64,000 nucleotides of DNA, taken from Octopus sinensis (taxonomy: Eukaryota). Location of the stretch: contig NC_043011.1 in assembly GCF_006345805.1 (NCBI RefSeq), positions 46,698,464 to 46,762,463 on the forward strand, written 5' to 3'. Every line of letters begins with the position of its first letter. Position 1 is the stretch's first letter. A model generated the notes under the pieces. The model ran no database searches. It worked only from the letters and a program-made list of their open reading frames with translations, and was not told the DNA's origin. Below are positions 52,608 to 64,000 of the stretch, one piece after another. Made by a program: the position numbers and the translations under genes.

Positions 52608-53705
52608 CTTGTCATCGAAGAAGCGAGTCTAAGTAAAAGCAATCCAAGGCCAGTATTTTCCATGGGTTGACAGAGAGGAAGTGAGCCTAAGTAAAAGCCA
52701 AGAATGGCTCAGAGGCTTTGGACTAAAAGCAGAAACAGAAGGACTGATTCTTGCTGCACAAGACCAATGTCTGACCATAAACAACTTTAAAAGCAAAATA
52801 AAGAAAACAAGCCCTAACATCAAATGCAGAATGTGTCACCAGCACAATGAGACAGTTGACCACATCAGCTGTGGTTGTCCAGTTCTTGCCAATGCTAAAT
52901 ATATATATACAGACACAACTAAATAAGTAGTTATATTCATTGGACAATATGCTAAAACTATAACAAAAACTAACAAGAAATGGTATAAACATGTGCCAAA
53001 ACAATGACCAGGCCACAATCATTTAGGCTATGCCTGCTCAAATTGTCAAAGAAATAAAAGCTAATCACCCAGACATAATAATCAAGGATTAAAAAAAGGG
53101 CCTGTTTACTAATGGATGCTGCATTCCTTTCTGTACAAAAAGAAGTGGAGAATTGTCAAAGTACAAAGACTTTGAAATTGAAGTATTCAAGACGTGGGGA
53201 ATGAAGGGGAAAGCAATACCTGTAATAATTGGAGCATTGGGTATGATAAAAGTCATATGCACAAAAATGTAGAAGCTATACCTAGACCATTACAACTACA
53301 CACTATCCAAAAAAATAGCCCTGCTAGGAACAGCCCACATCCTTACACAAGATACTATTAGTTTAATAATACAACCCAAACAAAACAATCCACAAAGACA
53401 AGACACACTCTGTACAGTAAATATCCAATAAAATAAACAGCCATCACAACATGTACTCCACAGACCGGATATCCACCAGAAGAACACAACTCACATTACA
53501 TACACAATACACAATACGAACATTGATATAACAAAAGACTGCAACCAAACTCTGTAGCAAAACAAACAGATGTAATAATACAATACTAAGAAGAGTTTGC
53601 ACTCCCCCAACAATAAAAGAAGTACACAAAAGACTGCACACACCTCAGCAACACAGAGGTGTAACAGGTAATGCAGTACAAATGTGCCTGAAACTATCAA
53701 ATGTT
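52608..53705 (+). pseudogene. R4/Dong-type 3' fragment, frameshifted, with long 3' UTR
   Basis: WLRGFGLKAETEGLILAAQDQ...KCRMCHQHNETVDHISCGCPVLA...KANHPDIII...KYKDFEIE...QKIALLGTAHIL; AAT-flanked. Confidence 0.88.
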
Positions 53706-53921
53706 GAATAATAAGAATAAGAATAAGAATAGTTTAAAATGTCGGTACAGGGCCTGCAATTTGAGGGAAAGGTTTAAGTTGACATCATTGACACCAGTGT
53801 TCCACTGTTACTTATTTTATCGACCTTGAATTAATGAAATGCTAAGTCGACCTTAATGGAATTTGAACACAAAATGAAAAGACAGATGAAATGCCATTAG
53901 TGATTCTACCATGTCAACATC

Positions 53922-53957
<36 letters not shown>

Positions 53958-53960
<3 letters not shown>

Positions 53961-54495
53961 GCCCTGTTGTGAGTACCAGGCAGTGGCTCTCATGGCTTCT
54001 GATTGGAAGTGTTATCATGTACATTATTTTGTCTTGGTATAAAAGATGGGCTACAGCAAAATATTCTGCTCAAATTCATAGATTTGCTGGAACTTAACCA
54101 GTTGACAATGTCTCTTAGTGGCTGATGACATGTGCATATCTGATCACAAGCAGAAGTAGTGGGGGAGCATCATAACCATGTGCTGAGAGGAATTCTTCGG
54201 GGTTTAGATAAGTCACCTTTGGAAATATGGGTGTTTTGTCCAACATCCTTAAACAACCCTTATTTAGGGACCTTTTGAGTGGGATGGGCTACTCAACCTG
54301 AAGAAAATTCTATCTGGGCCCCACCTGCAAGGTCATGTTCTATTTATCTTGATATGAGATCACCATGTCATGCACATATGGTTGTAATGCATATGCTTGG
54401 TGTGCCCTTATCAGACGGGTAGTCATGATGGGTATACTGGGCTTCATATATTTTACCCCAGTGTCACTTTGATGGTATGCACTGCTCTCTCACTC

Positions 54496-54496
<1 letters not shown>
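53958..54496. mobile_element. ~520-bp AAT-flanked element, copy 3 (both ends present)
   Basis: aaatgccctg...tgcactgctctctcactc between (AAT)n arrays. Confidence 0.82.
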
Positions 54497-54556
<60 letters not shown>

Positions 54557-55459
54557 GTAATAATAATAATAAAATGAAGAAAATAAATTATCAGAATGAT
54601 ATTGTTTAATTAAATAAAATTTCTTGACAGAATATTTTATTCCAAAATCAAAACCAGAAAATACGTAAAAAGTCAGATAAAATAACAATGAAATGGTAAA
54701 ACAGCAAATTCCATTATATTTTTGACTGTATTGATCTAAATTTCCATCAATAATTTTCCACTTGAACTGATTTTACCTCTTTTCTCCTCTCCTTGCCCCA
54801 CTTTCAAACCACTGCACCATCCGCGACCTAAATCCCCCACCACCATCCCCTGCCGTATCATAATCATCAACAGCATCATTGTCATCATTACCGTCATCTT
54901 CATCATCATCATCACTGCTTTTTCTTTTTTTTTTCAATAATCACCGCTCCACCAATGCCACAGCTACCATAATCACCCACCACCATCACCACCTCAATTA
55001 CCATTGCTCTTACTACCGCCTCTGCCACTATCACCACACCAGGTATCACCACAGTACTGTCACTGCCAAAAACACCATTACCATTTCCATCACTATTACC
55101 ACCACCACCACCACCACCACCACCACTACTATCACCATCGCTACAGTCTTTAATGAAACCTCCCCCACCTCACTGCAACCACCATCATGATCACCACCAC
55201 TACTTCTGCCACTGTAATCAAAAATACCACCACCACCACCACTGCTGCCACCGCCACCGCCACCACCACTACCCTGTCACCGCCTTCACTGCAACATACC
55301 GACACTCTCCTATTAGATTATTCATGAATTACTGTAGAGTTCTTAGAATATGGATGAAACCATGCTATCTTACCATTTTACCATTCTGGTTAATCATATT
55401 AAAGCAGCTTAAATTACATTCCTTAACAACGTTGAGATATATCTACAGAATACGGCCTT

Positions 55460-55652
55460 AGAAGAAACAATAATAATAATAACAAAAACAACAGCAACAA
55501 CAAAAACAAAAGCAATAATAACAACAACAACAACAATAATAATAATAATAATTATAATAATAATAATAATGATAATAATAATAATAATAATAATGATAAT
55601 AATAATAATGATAATAATAATAATAATAATGATAATAATAATAATAATAATG

Positions 55653-55695
<43 letters not shown>

Positions 55696-55715
55696 AGATG
55701 ATGATGGTGATAACG
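55460..55715. repeat. (AAC)/(AAT)n microsatellite
   Basis: Visible. Confidence 0.9.
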
Positions 55716-56294
55716 AAGAAGTTACTGATGACAGAAATCATTCTTGTGATTATCAATATTTATGTGTATAATGCTATGTGTGTGTGTGTATATGTAAATG
55801 TATATATGTATATATATATCTGTGATTGTATATGTGCATATTTGAGAAATAAGAAAGAAAAAGAATTAAATCTTTTATTTTATTTCATTTTTTAATTATG
55901 CAAAAAAAGATGTTTTGAAAGGAATTTTAAATTTTGTTGATTTTATATGAATCTATTTTTCAAGATACAAAATAAATGCCTTTATTTTATCATAGAATGT
56001 ATTTCTACCTAAGAAAAAAAAAACAAAAAACAAAACAAAAGAAAAACAAATAATAAAGATAAATAATAAATAAAAAATAAAATCATTAATGATATTGTTT
56101 TATTACATTTAAGTATTAAGAAGATTATATTAAAAATTAAAATTGATGAAACCAAACCAGATTTTCATCATAGGAATGGAATAAACAAAAAAAATAGCGT
56201 TAAAACCAAAGTGAAATTTTCTTCGGTATGACAACAGCTTAGCATTAACCTTATAAAAACGGAACTAATACTAAAGCGCAGAGAAAACTTATAC

Positions 56295-56332
<38 letters not shown>

Positions 56333-56665
56333 GCACCCACACACACATACACATACAACCACATATTTATGTGTGTGTTTGTGCATATATACAAACTGAT
56401 ATCTCATTTATTCTCTCTTACTTGTTTCAGTCATTTGACTGCAGCCATGCTGGAGCACCGCCTTTAGTCGAGCAAATCGACCCCAGGACTTATTCTTTGT
56501 AAGCCTAGTATTTATTCTATTGGTCTCTTTTGCTGAATCACTAAGTTACGAAGACGTAAACACACCAGCATCGGTTGTCAAGCAATGCTGGGGGGACAAA
56601 CACAGACACACAAACATATACACACACATACATACATATATATATATATATATACATATATATAT

Positions 56666-56943
56666 TTATTAATCAATATAAGGGTAGCAAAAAATTCAAG
56701 AAAAATTCAAGAAAAATTTTCTGCAACCAGCGGTCAAGTGAGAAAGTAGAAATAGTCACAGACTATATAATATATTCAACAATAGTATTAAGGAATGACC
56801 CTGACAGGCCGTTCAACTCACTTGAAAAGAGCAGCTAAACTCAAACCGCAAAATAGTAGTAATTCTGAAACTAAAGGAGTTTAGCTGCTCTTTTCAAGTG
56901 AGTTGAACGGCCTGTCAGGGTCATTCCTTAATACTATTGTTGA

Positions 56944-56945
<2 letters not shown>
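56666..56945 (-). mobile_element. Fold-back insert (HP7)
   Basis: Arms ~56771-56842 and 56878-56948; minus-strand tail ttgaccgctggtt...tgctacccttatattgattaat. Confidence 0.72.
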
Positions 56946-56973
<28 letters not shown>

Positions 56974-56981
<8 letters not shown>

Positions 56982-57208
56982 TAATTAAGGGCTAAAGAGG
57001 GTTATTCTAAAGCCAATACACTGATTTATCCACTTATAAGTGGATTATAAGTGGATAAATCAGTGTATTAGCTTTAGAATAACCCTCTTTAGCCCTTAAT
57101 TATATGATGTTTATACTTCAACCGTAACGGTTTTTTTAAATATACTGCCCACGCTTCCTGATGGATTCCTTTTCTGTAGAGAAAGGGACTTCATCCTATA
57201 TTGCTAGT
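56974..57208 (+). mobile_element. Fold-back insert (HP8)
   Basis: Palindrome 56974-57110 plus ~100-bp tail; TA-flanked. Confidence 0.72.
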
Positions 57209-57209
57209 A

Positions 57210-57240
<31 letters not shown>

Positions 57241-58473
57241 GATGGGCTTCTTTCAGTTTCTGTCTACCAAATCCACTCGCAAGGCTTTGGTCGACCCGAG
57301 GCTATAGTAGAATACACTTGCCCAAGGTGCCACACAGTGGAAATGAACCCGGAACCATGTGGTTGGTTCTTTCATTCTTTGCTTCAGACATTTTACTGCG
57401 ACCATGCTGGAGCACCGCCTTTAGTCGAACAAATCGACATCAGGACTTCTTAGTAAGCCTAGTATTTATTCTATCAAACTGCTACTAAGTTATGGGGATG
57501 TAAAGACACCAATATCGGTTTTCTGGCTTTTTTGACTAAACATTTCCAGGTTTTGTCCCAGCATGGTTGTAGTCCAATGATTGAAACAAGTAAAATCTAA
57601 AAGATATACATATATATACAAAATGTACACAGAGGCATGTATGTATGCATTTAAATACGTATGAATGTATATAGACACACACATACACATATGTATTGGT
57701 TTATTTGATTAACAAAATGATTTAGGATACTAATAAAATGGATGATCAAAGCAGACTTTTGTGGTAATCTTTTGATTTTTGATTCTATTAAAAGTTAAAA
57801 AATAACCAGTTAAGAATTGTGTTATGCAGGAAGGTGTGGACAGAAATGATGGTTGTGAAGATATATCTTGAAAGGACGCTGTTGTAAACATTCTGTTCAG
57901 TGATAAATATGTCATATGCAGGTCTTCGATTTCATAGCTACCAAATTCCAATACAGAAAGTGTAAAAATATATTTCCAGATGTATAAGTAATTTATTTAC
58001 TAATTCATTAAAAGACTTAATCTGTAATTTTTATTCTTTTATTTTTTGAGTCAAACCACAGTTTGAGATTTTGATACATTTTGAGAAACCATGGATCTAC
58101 CCCAGGAAAGTTTTTTTCTAAAGTGCAGAACAGGACAAACTTTTAATGGAAGACTATGCACATTTCCTCTCTCCACACCACCAAAATTGTTTTCATGAAA
58201 AGCAATGCCAGTACAGTTTAGTACCAGTGTCATCACAGATATTGCTATCAGAATATAATGCACTTGAACAGATAAAGCAGGCATGCTGTCTGATATTCTA
58301 ATAATTCCTCTAATCTGCTGCGCTCAACTGGTATTTGATTTGTCAGCTTGTACTTTATTTGTCAACTGTTACTTTATTAGAAGACTCTTAAAAGGTACAA
58401 AGATGAACTTGGTAGGATTTGAAGTGAGAATGCCGAATTCCAGAAGAAATACTGCAAGTTATTCTATCTTAGA

Positions 58474-58697
58474 CTTAAATGTTTAGCATTCAGATTACTT
58501 TGTGAAATATAATATTTGTTTATTGACATTGTTTTCAATTAATGATGAGTTATCTTATAACTTCAAGATTTCAATGTGATAGTTTATTTTTAGAATGACA
58601 TTACAGGATAGGTGTAAGAGGTCAGATATGGCTCATTTAAACATGAGAGGGAGAATATTTGGGCTGGATATGGCTGGTATAAATGCTAAAGGGTTAA
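58474..58697. mobile_element. piggyBac-type MITE, copy 2 (left TIR decayed)
   Basis: Homologous to 41486-41713; ends gctaaagggttaa. Confidence 0.7.
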
Positions 58698-60047
58698 AGG
58701 ATTCAGTCAATTTACCTCAATAGGAAGAAATGTAATAAGCTGTTTGAGTTATCATGATATCAGCGAGCTGGTCTGAAAACTTGCAACAGAATAAATGCCA
58801 CCAAAGGCAGCCAAGGGCCAGGTAGTGGTGTTAAACAGCTGATGAATAAAACCTTCCACCTAACAACAGATATAGATCCTGCCTAGCCAAATTCACTCAC
58901 AAAACTTGGGTTGGCTGCAGGTTATGGTAGAAGACACTTGCTGGTAATGCTAAACCTGGAACCATATTTGAGTGTTTCTTTGAAGCAGCTAATCTTAGCC
59001 CAGCCCAGAATTGCCCAGCTAGGCCTAGCCCTGATTAGTTCCTGTTAGTCTCATTATACACTAGCCAGCATCCTCCTGTATCATCAACACTATCAGACTG
59101 TTATCTGACATGACTACAAGAGAATCCATGTTGGTACTTTGCCACTGGTGTTATAACATGACAACAGTGAGTCACTTATAAGCAGGAGATATATAATTAA
59201 CTGAACACAGACAAACCACACCTTTATACAACTAGTAACCACTTACCAAAATTTTTAATTAAAGACAAAAATATAAAGCATTAAAAAAACAGCTAAAATA
59301 ATTTTAAAAAATAATTAGTAATTCTTTTCACATAAGTCCCAACACACCAAAGACCAAAAATTAATAAAGAAATAATATTGATAAAATAAAAAAAAAATGC
59401 AAGTAACAGAAGACCTAAACATACATCTTGGATTTAATGGATATTCCAATAGCAATATATTTGCCAAACTTAATTTTGTAATAGAATGTTTATTTATATC
59501 TATTTATTTCATTTTTTTTTGTGAGTGTGTGTGTGTGTATAATGGCTATGTTCCAAAGTTAATTACTTACTTATTGCAAAGGAAAATTCAATTTCAGATA
59601 AAGTTTCAAATATTACATTCAAGGCTTGGCCTTCCTATTCCTTCTTAATTCATTCTAGTTCTTCCTGTTTTTTTCTGCTTTTTTTTTATTTCCGACATTT
59701 AAAAAAAATATTATTATTTTTATCTTTACCTTTTTTTCTTGGATTGGTTCATTTAAGAAATTCTTAAACATTGTAGTGAAGTGGGAACACAAGAGTGCTA
59801 AAATTTGATTGCTGCTTATTTTTCTTCGAAAAAACAAAAAAAAAAAACAAAAAACAAAACAGAAAATACACGTTACACTACAGACACTCACATAAGTACA
59901 TAGACACACATACATACTCATATACACACCAATACTGGTACTAAATAACCAAATAACAATTACCGACTTTACATCCCTTTTACATACCTATGAAGCAAAA
60001 CAGAGCTTTAGTTCGTTGGAGTTCATCCTCGTAAATGACAAGACATA

Positions 60048-60282
60048 AAGCTGTTGTTTAGCCAAGGTCAGCCTTGATTGAGCAGGCCTATGATCAAAGG
60101 CATTCCAACCATGACCACCCTGTCTTTTTTCTTTTCTTTCCTTTTTTATTTTTAATATAGCATTCTGGAACTAACTTATGTATGTGTCCTTCTTTTTCTA
60201 GCAATTTAAGGGCTGCGATATGAGGGATATTTGGGTGCTCTTTCTAACTCATCAAGTAATGACATACAGATTCCCTTATTAT
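60048..60282 (+). repeat. OLD family, best-preserved complete unit
   Basis: gctgttgtttagccaaggtcagccttgattgagcaggcctatgatcaaaggcattccaaccatgaccaccc...gagggatatttgggtgctctttctaa. Confidence 0.65.
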
Positions 60283-60514
60283 AGCATGTTCTGGGGGTAA
60301 CATGTTTTAACAAATGTGGATGACTTCAAACTATTTTTCATTCTTATGTTACCAGAATAACGACTAAGTTACTTAACTAATCTGTCACAGAATTTAAAGA
60401 GGATCATTGAAGAAATTTAATGAATTGGATGATTCTGTTATGGCTACAGGTTCACACCTACTTCGAAACTTTTTAGAATGAAGAGGAAAATAGTTAGACT
60501 GCTACTGCAGCTCC

Positions 60515-60545
<31 letters not shown>

Positions 60546-60589
60546 GATGGTGATGATGATGTTGATGGTGATAATGATGATGATGATGA

Positions 60590-60832
60590 TGGTAGTAGTA
60601 GTGTTGGAGGTGAAATTGGAGATAGGTGACGTTTATAAAAGACAGTTACGATGATGATGATGATGATGAAGATGAGACAATCCTGCAAATAGATGATGAT
60701 GATGATGATGATGATGATGGTGGTGGTAGTAATAGTGTTAGAGGTGAAATTGGAGGTAGGTGGCGTTTATAAAAGACAGTTATGATGATGATGAAGATGA
60801 TGAAGATGAGGCTGAGACAATCCTGCAAATAG
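60590..60832. repeat. ~135-bp tandem duplication within (GAT)n
   Basis: gtgtt.gaggtgaaattggag.taggtg.cgtttataaaagacagtta...gagacaatcctgcaaatag occurs twice. Confidence 0.85.
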
Positions 60833-60839
60833 AAAAAAA

Positions 60840-60871
<32 letters not shown>

Positions 60872-61280
60872 AGCAAAGATACTGACACTGAAGATGTTAA
60901 TAAGGAAGAAGATTATTGTTGCTATAGTGACCATGTTGATTATTCCATCCTCATTAATAAATGACAAAACACAAGAAAATATCATACACCAAAGTAATCA
61001 CATGTCATATGGCATCTGTGTTGGAATTTTTAATGTAAAATACAGTGTGGAGGAAACGGAAGCAAAATTGGCCTCCACACAATCTTGTCTTGGAAGTCTA
61101 TACACTTCCCTTTCGCAGAAAATTAATCTTTGCTGTTGTAGCCATAAATTTCCACCAGCATTTTTTAAACTTGAAAATTAATTAAAAACTATGACGCATT
61201 TATTTACATTGCTGAGCAGGCAATTTCTCTGTCCACCGTAGCTGGAAACATTGAAAAGTTCTCCTGGTTATATACTCTTA

Positions 61281-61697
61281 TTCTCTTTTTTTTTTTTTTC
61301 TTGTTTCAGTCTTTTGACTGCGGCCATGCTGGAGCACCGCCTTTAGTCGAGCAACTCGACCCCGGGATTTATTCTTTGTAAGCCCAGTACTTATTCTATT
61401 TGTCTCTTTTGCCAAACCGTTAAGTGATGGGGACATAAGCACACCAGCATCGGTTGTCAAGCAATGCTATGGAGACAAACACAGACACACAAACATACAC
61501 ACACACACACATATATATACATATACATATATATGACGGGCTTCTTTCAGTTTCCGTCTACCAAATCCACTCACAAGGCTTTGGTCGGCCTGAGGCTATA
61601 GTAGAAGACATTTGCCCAAGGTGCCACGCAGTGGGACTGAACCCAGAACCATGTGGTTGGTAAGCAAGCTACTTACCACACAGCCACTCCTGCGCCT
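61281..61697 (-). mobile_element. SINE-A, full length
   Basis: Reverse complement of both halves. Confidence 0.9.
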
Positions 61698-61825
61698 ATA
61701 TAGATTTTTGACACAAATGTTCAAGGAATCAAGTGGACTAATCAAAACTAACCCAAGAATATAACTGGTACTATTGTCAGTGTTCTGACAATCCAGGGTG
61801 TACTGGATGCTTTCTTTTTTTCTTT

Positions 61826-62348
61826 TCTTTTACTTGTTTTCAGTTATTAGACTACAGTCATACTGAGGACTCTACCTTGAAAGGGTCAGTTGATTAAATC
61901 GACTCCAGGACTTAATTTTTTTGAGCCTGATGCTCATTCTGTCAGCTGCTTTTGCTGAACCACTACATTATAGGAACATAAACAAACCAACACTGGTTGT
62001 CAAGTTGTAGTGTAGCACACACATGCATGCACGTATGTATGTATGTATGTATGTATGTATGTATGTATGTATGTATGTATGTATGTATGTATGTATGTAT
62101 GTATGTGTGTTTGTTCTCCACTACAGCCTGGCAACCAGTGTTGTGTGTACACACACACATATATATAAATATATATATTTATAAAAATCAGGCTTCTTTC
62201 AGTTTCTGTCAACCAAATCTACTCACAAGGCTTTGGTCAGCCTGAGGCTATAGTGGAAGACACTTGCACAAGGTGCTATGTTGTGGGTCTGAACCCAAAA
62301 CTATGTAGTTGGAAAGCAAGCCTCTTACCACACAACCATGTCTGTACC
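61826..62348 (-). mobile_element. SINE-A, diverged, with internal (TATG)n expansion
   Basis: Head and tail motifs. Confidence 0.8.
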
Positions 62349-62799
62349 TATAGGGTGGAATAAAAAAGGTACTCTGAAGTATTTACTTATAGCACTATAA
62401 GTTATGATTTCAAATCTGGCTGTGGTGGGACTTGAGAGGATTCAGGCTGCTATTTCTAACTAGGTGAGCAACCACATAGAGGTTGTCTCATTTGAAACAT
62501 AAGCTAAAACGTAAGCTTACAACAAACAGAACTAAAGATATGGCAGTTGGTCTTTAGGAAAGATTTTACTTTCATTTTTGTTTCTTCTTTACAACAGAAG
62601 AGAAACAAAAACATACAAAAAAAAAACATGGTATGTTTTTGAACTTGATCTGCTCCACTTGGAGGTTTAGCGGTTAATGTTTGTCTTTTGCTATTTGGCA
62701 CCAAAGGTTGGCAGCAGCATTAAAGTGAACTACTTCGTTTAATCTATTCCCAATACAAAATTACAAAGTTTTTATCATGCCAACATGTGAGCTGGCACC

Positions 62800-63180
62800 T
62801 TGTCTAAGTGGTTGCTATATCTGAGAAAAATAGCAGCCATATCTCCCTCCTTAAAATGGAAAGAGACACTGGATACTGTAGTTCTATATATATTAGGCAT
62901 GAATAAACAGTAAAAGATAGTTGGTCGCTGCTGGAATACCTTTTCATCATAGATCCGCTGGATCAAGGCTAAGCAGCAATGATAACAATTATAGGCATAT
63001 GGCGGAAGCTTCTAAGTGGTTGCTAAAAACAGCAGACAAATCTCCCTTAAATTACACTTCACTGTCTTTAAAACAAAAATGACATATTGGGAAATATGTT
63101 CCTAGAATAATTAAAGAAGCTGATGGTATGGCATGGCTGGAACATCTTTGATCAAAAGTCTGCTGGATGAGCACTGGCCT
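62800..63180 (-). repeat. OLD family, two tandem units
   Basis: aaaatagcagccatatctccctc (62827) and aaaacagcagacaaatctcccttaaatt (63026), each followed by reverse-complement tgatcaaa/ttccagc modules. Confidence 0.6.
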
Positions 63181-63723
63181 CATTTGATGACTCTTAGCAC
63201 CACACCCTGGTAACCCACTTCAGATGGTGGGCTAAAGAAAATTATGGGATTGTGTTAATACTGCACCTGTAGGCAAAAGACTCCAGGTGAGTCTTCCCAA
63301 TGAGTTACCTGGTAGAGCAGAGGAGCCTGCTCAGGTCAACAGCCAAGGTGTGTCTCAGGTAGAAGCATATGGTTGTGGCTAACAGCCTGGAGAGGAAGGG
63401 GTGCTGCCATGCTAACTTGCCCATGACACACTCATGAGATGACCAAAAACGCATGACCTATACCAGATTTGTCATCACTTAGGGTAACATTAAGAGTGGT
63501 CAGGCTTTAAGTTTGTAAACTCAAAGAAGGCAGTAGATGACCACGAGAAGTGGCAAAATCTGATTGAGGCATCATCAATGAATGGCCCAATGACAACAAA
63601 GTCAAGGGATGGGAAGGAAGGAATGTAGTCCCAGACATAGCATACCAGAAAAAGACAGGTGGGTCATGGCTAGAAACATGTTTGATGAATCATTAGATTC
63701 GTTCAGATGTTAAACATCTATAA

Positions 63724-63850
63724 CAGTGATTCTCAACTGGGGTCTATATGCCCCTTGGGGGTTCATATAAGAATTTGGTGGGGAGGTCCATGCTACAAAA
63801 TAGTAAGTTAGGGATCCAAAAATAGCATTTTAAGGGCCTCTGAAAAAATG
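63724..63850 (+). mobile_element. Possible hAT-type MITE end
   Basis: cagtgattctcaactggggtc resembles CAGTGGTTCTCAA hAT TIRs; partner TIR not seen. Confidence 0.35.
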
Positions 63851-63881
63851 TTGCTTTAAATGTATGTATTAGTATATACTG

Positions 63882-64000
63882 TGGAAGTGTAGTGGCCCAG
63901 TACAGTCAGAGGATCATAGTTTCGATTCCCAGACTGGGCGTTGTGTGTGTTCATTGAGCAAAAACACCTAAAAGCTACATGAGGCTCCAGTAGGGGGTGG
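63882..64000 (+). mobile_element. SINE-D 5' part (runs off window)
   Basis: tggcccagt...gtttcgattcccagactgggcgtt...gagcaaaaacacctaaa matches 42002. Confidence 0.8.

Larger units (their letters stand above)
56411..57367 (-). mobile_element. SINE-A split by two fold-back inserts in its internal microsatellite
   Basis: Tail half 56411-56620; head half 57240-57367. Confidence 0.85.

Noticed and set aside
60048-60282. SECIS element in the OLD family (Naiad-type PLEs carry SECIS)
   Set aside because: Could not build an AUGA/GA core with correct helix length and apical AA on either strand.

Overview
AT-rich, microsatellite-dense eukaryotic DNA. The tRNA-derived SINE set resembles octopus repeats, so a cephalopod origin is inferred, not proven. 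No host protein-coding exon could be supported; almost all ORFs in the track are translations of simple repeats. Recognisable content: three or four SINE families in many copies; five 3' fragments of R4/Dong-type (restriction-like endonuclease) non-LTR retrotransposons, all in (AAT)n; two CR1-type 3' ends; a decayed Penelope-like (RT + GIY-YIG) ORF; and mariner, piggyBac-type and Helitron non-autonomous remnants. The most striking pattern is about 10 short fold-back (inverted-duplicated) inserts, mostly in (TA)n tracts. Several carry hammerhead-ribozyme folds: one canonical core at 1965-2052, one with a U3-A8 compensatory core at 14741-14784, and one at 24506-24558. Several share a conserved TTTRRCTGCTATTTCTA motif and a 3' ..TACCCTT end. 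I interpret these as a diverse set of ribozyme-bearing, microsatellite-targeting Penelope-like terminal-repeat derivatives. Coordinates were read by eye and may be off by a few bases.
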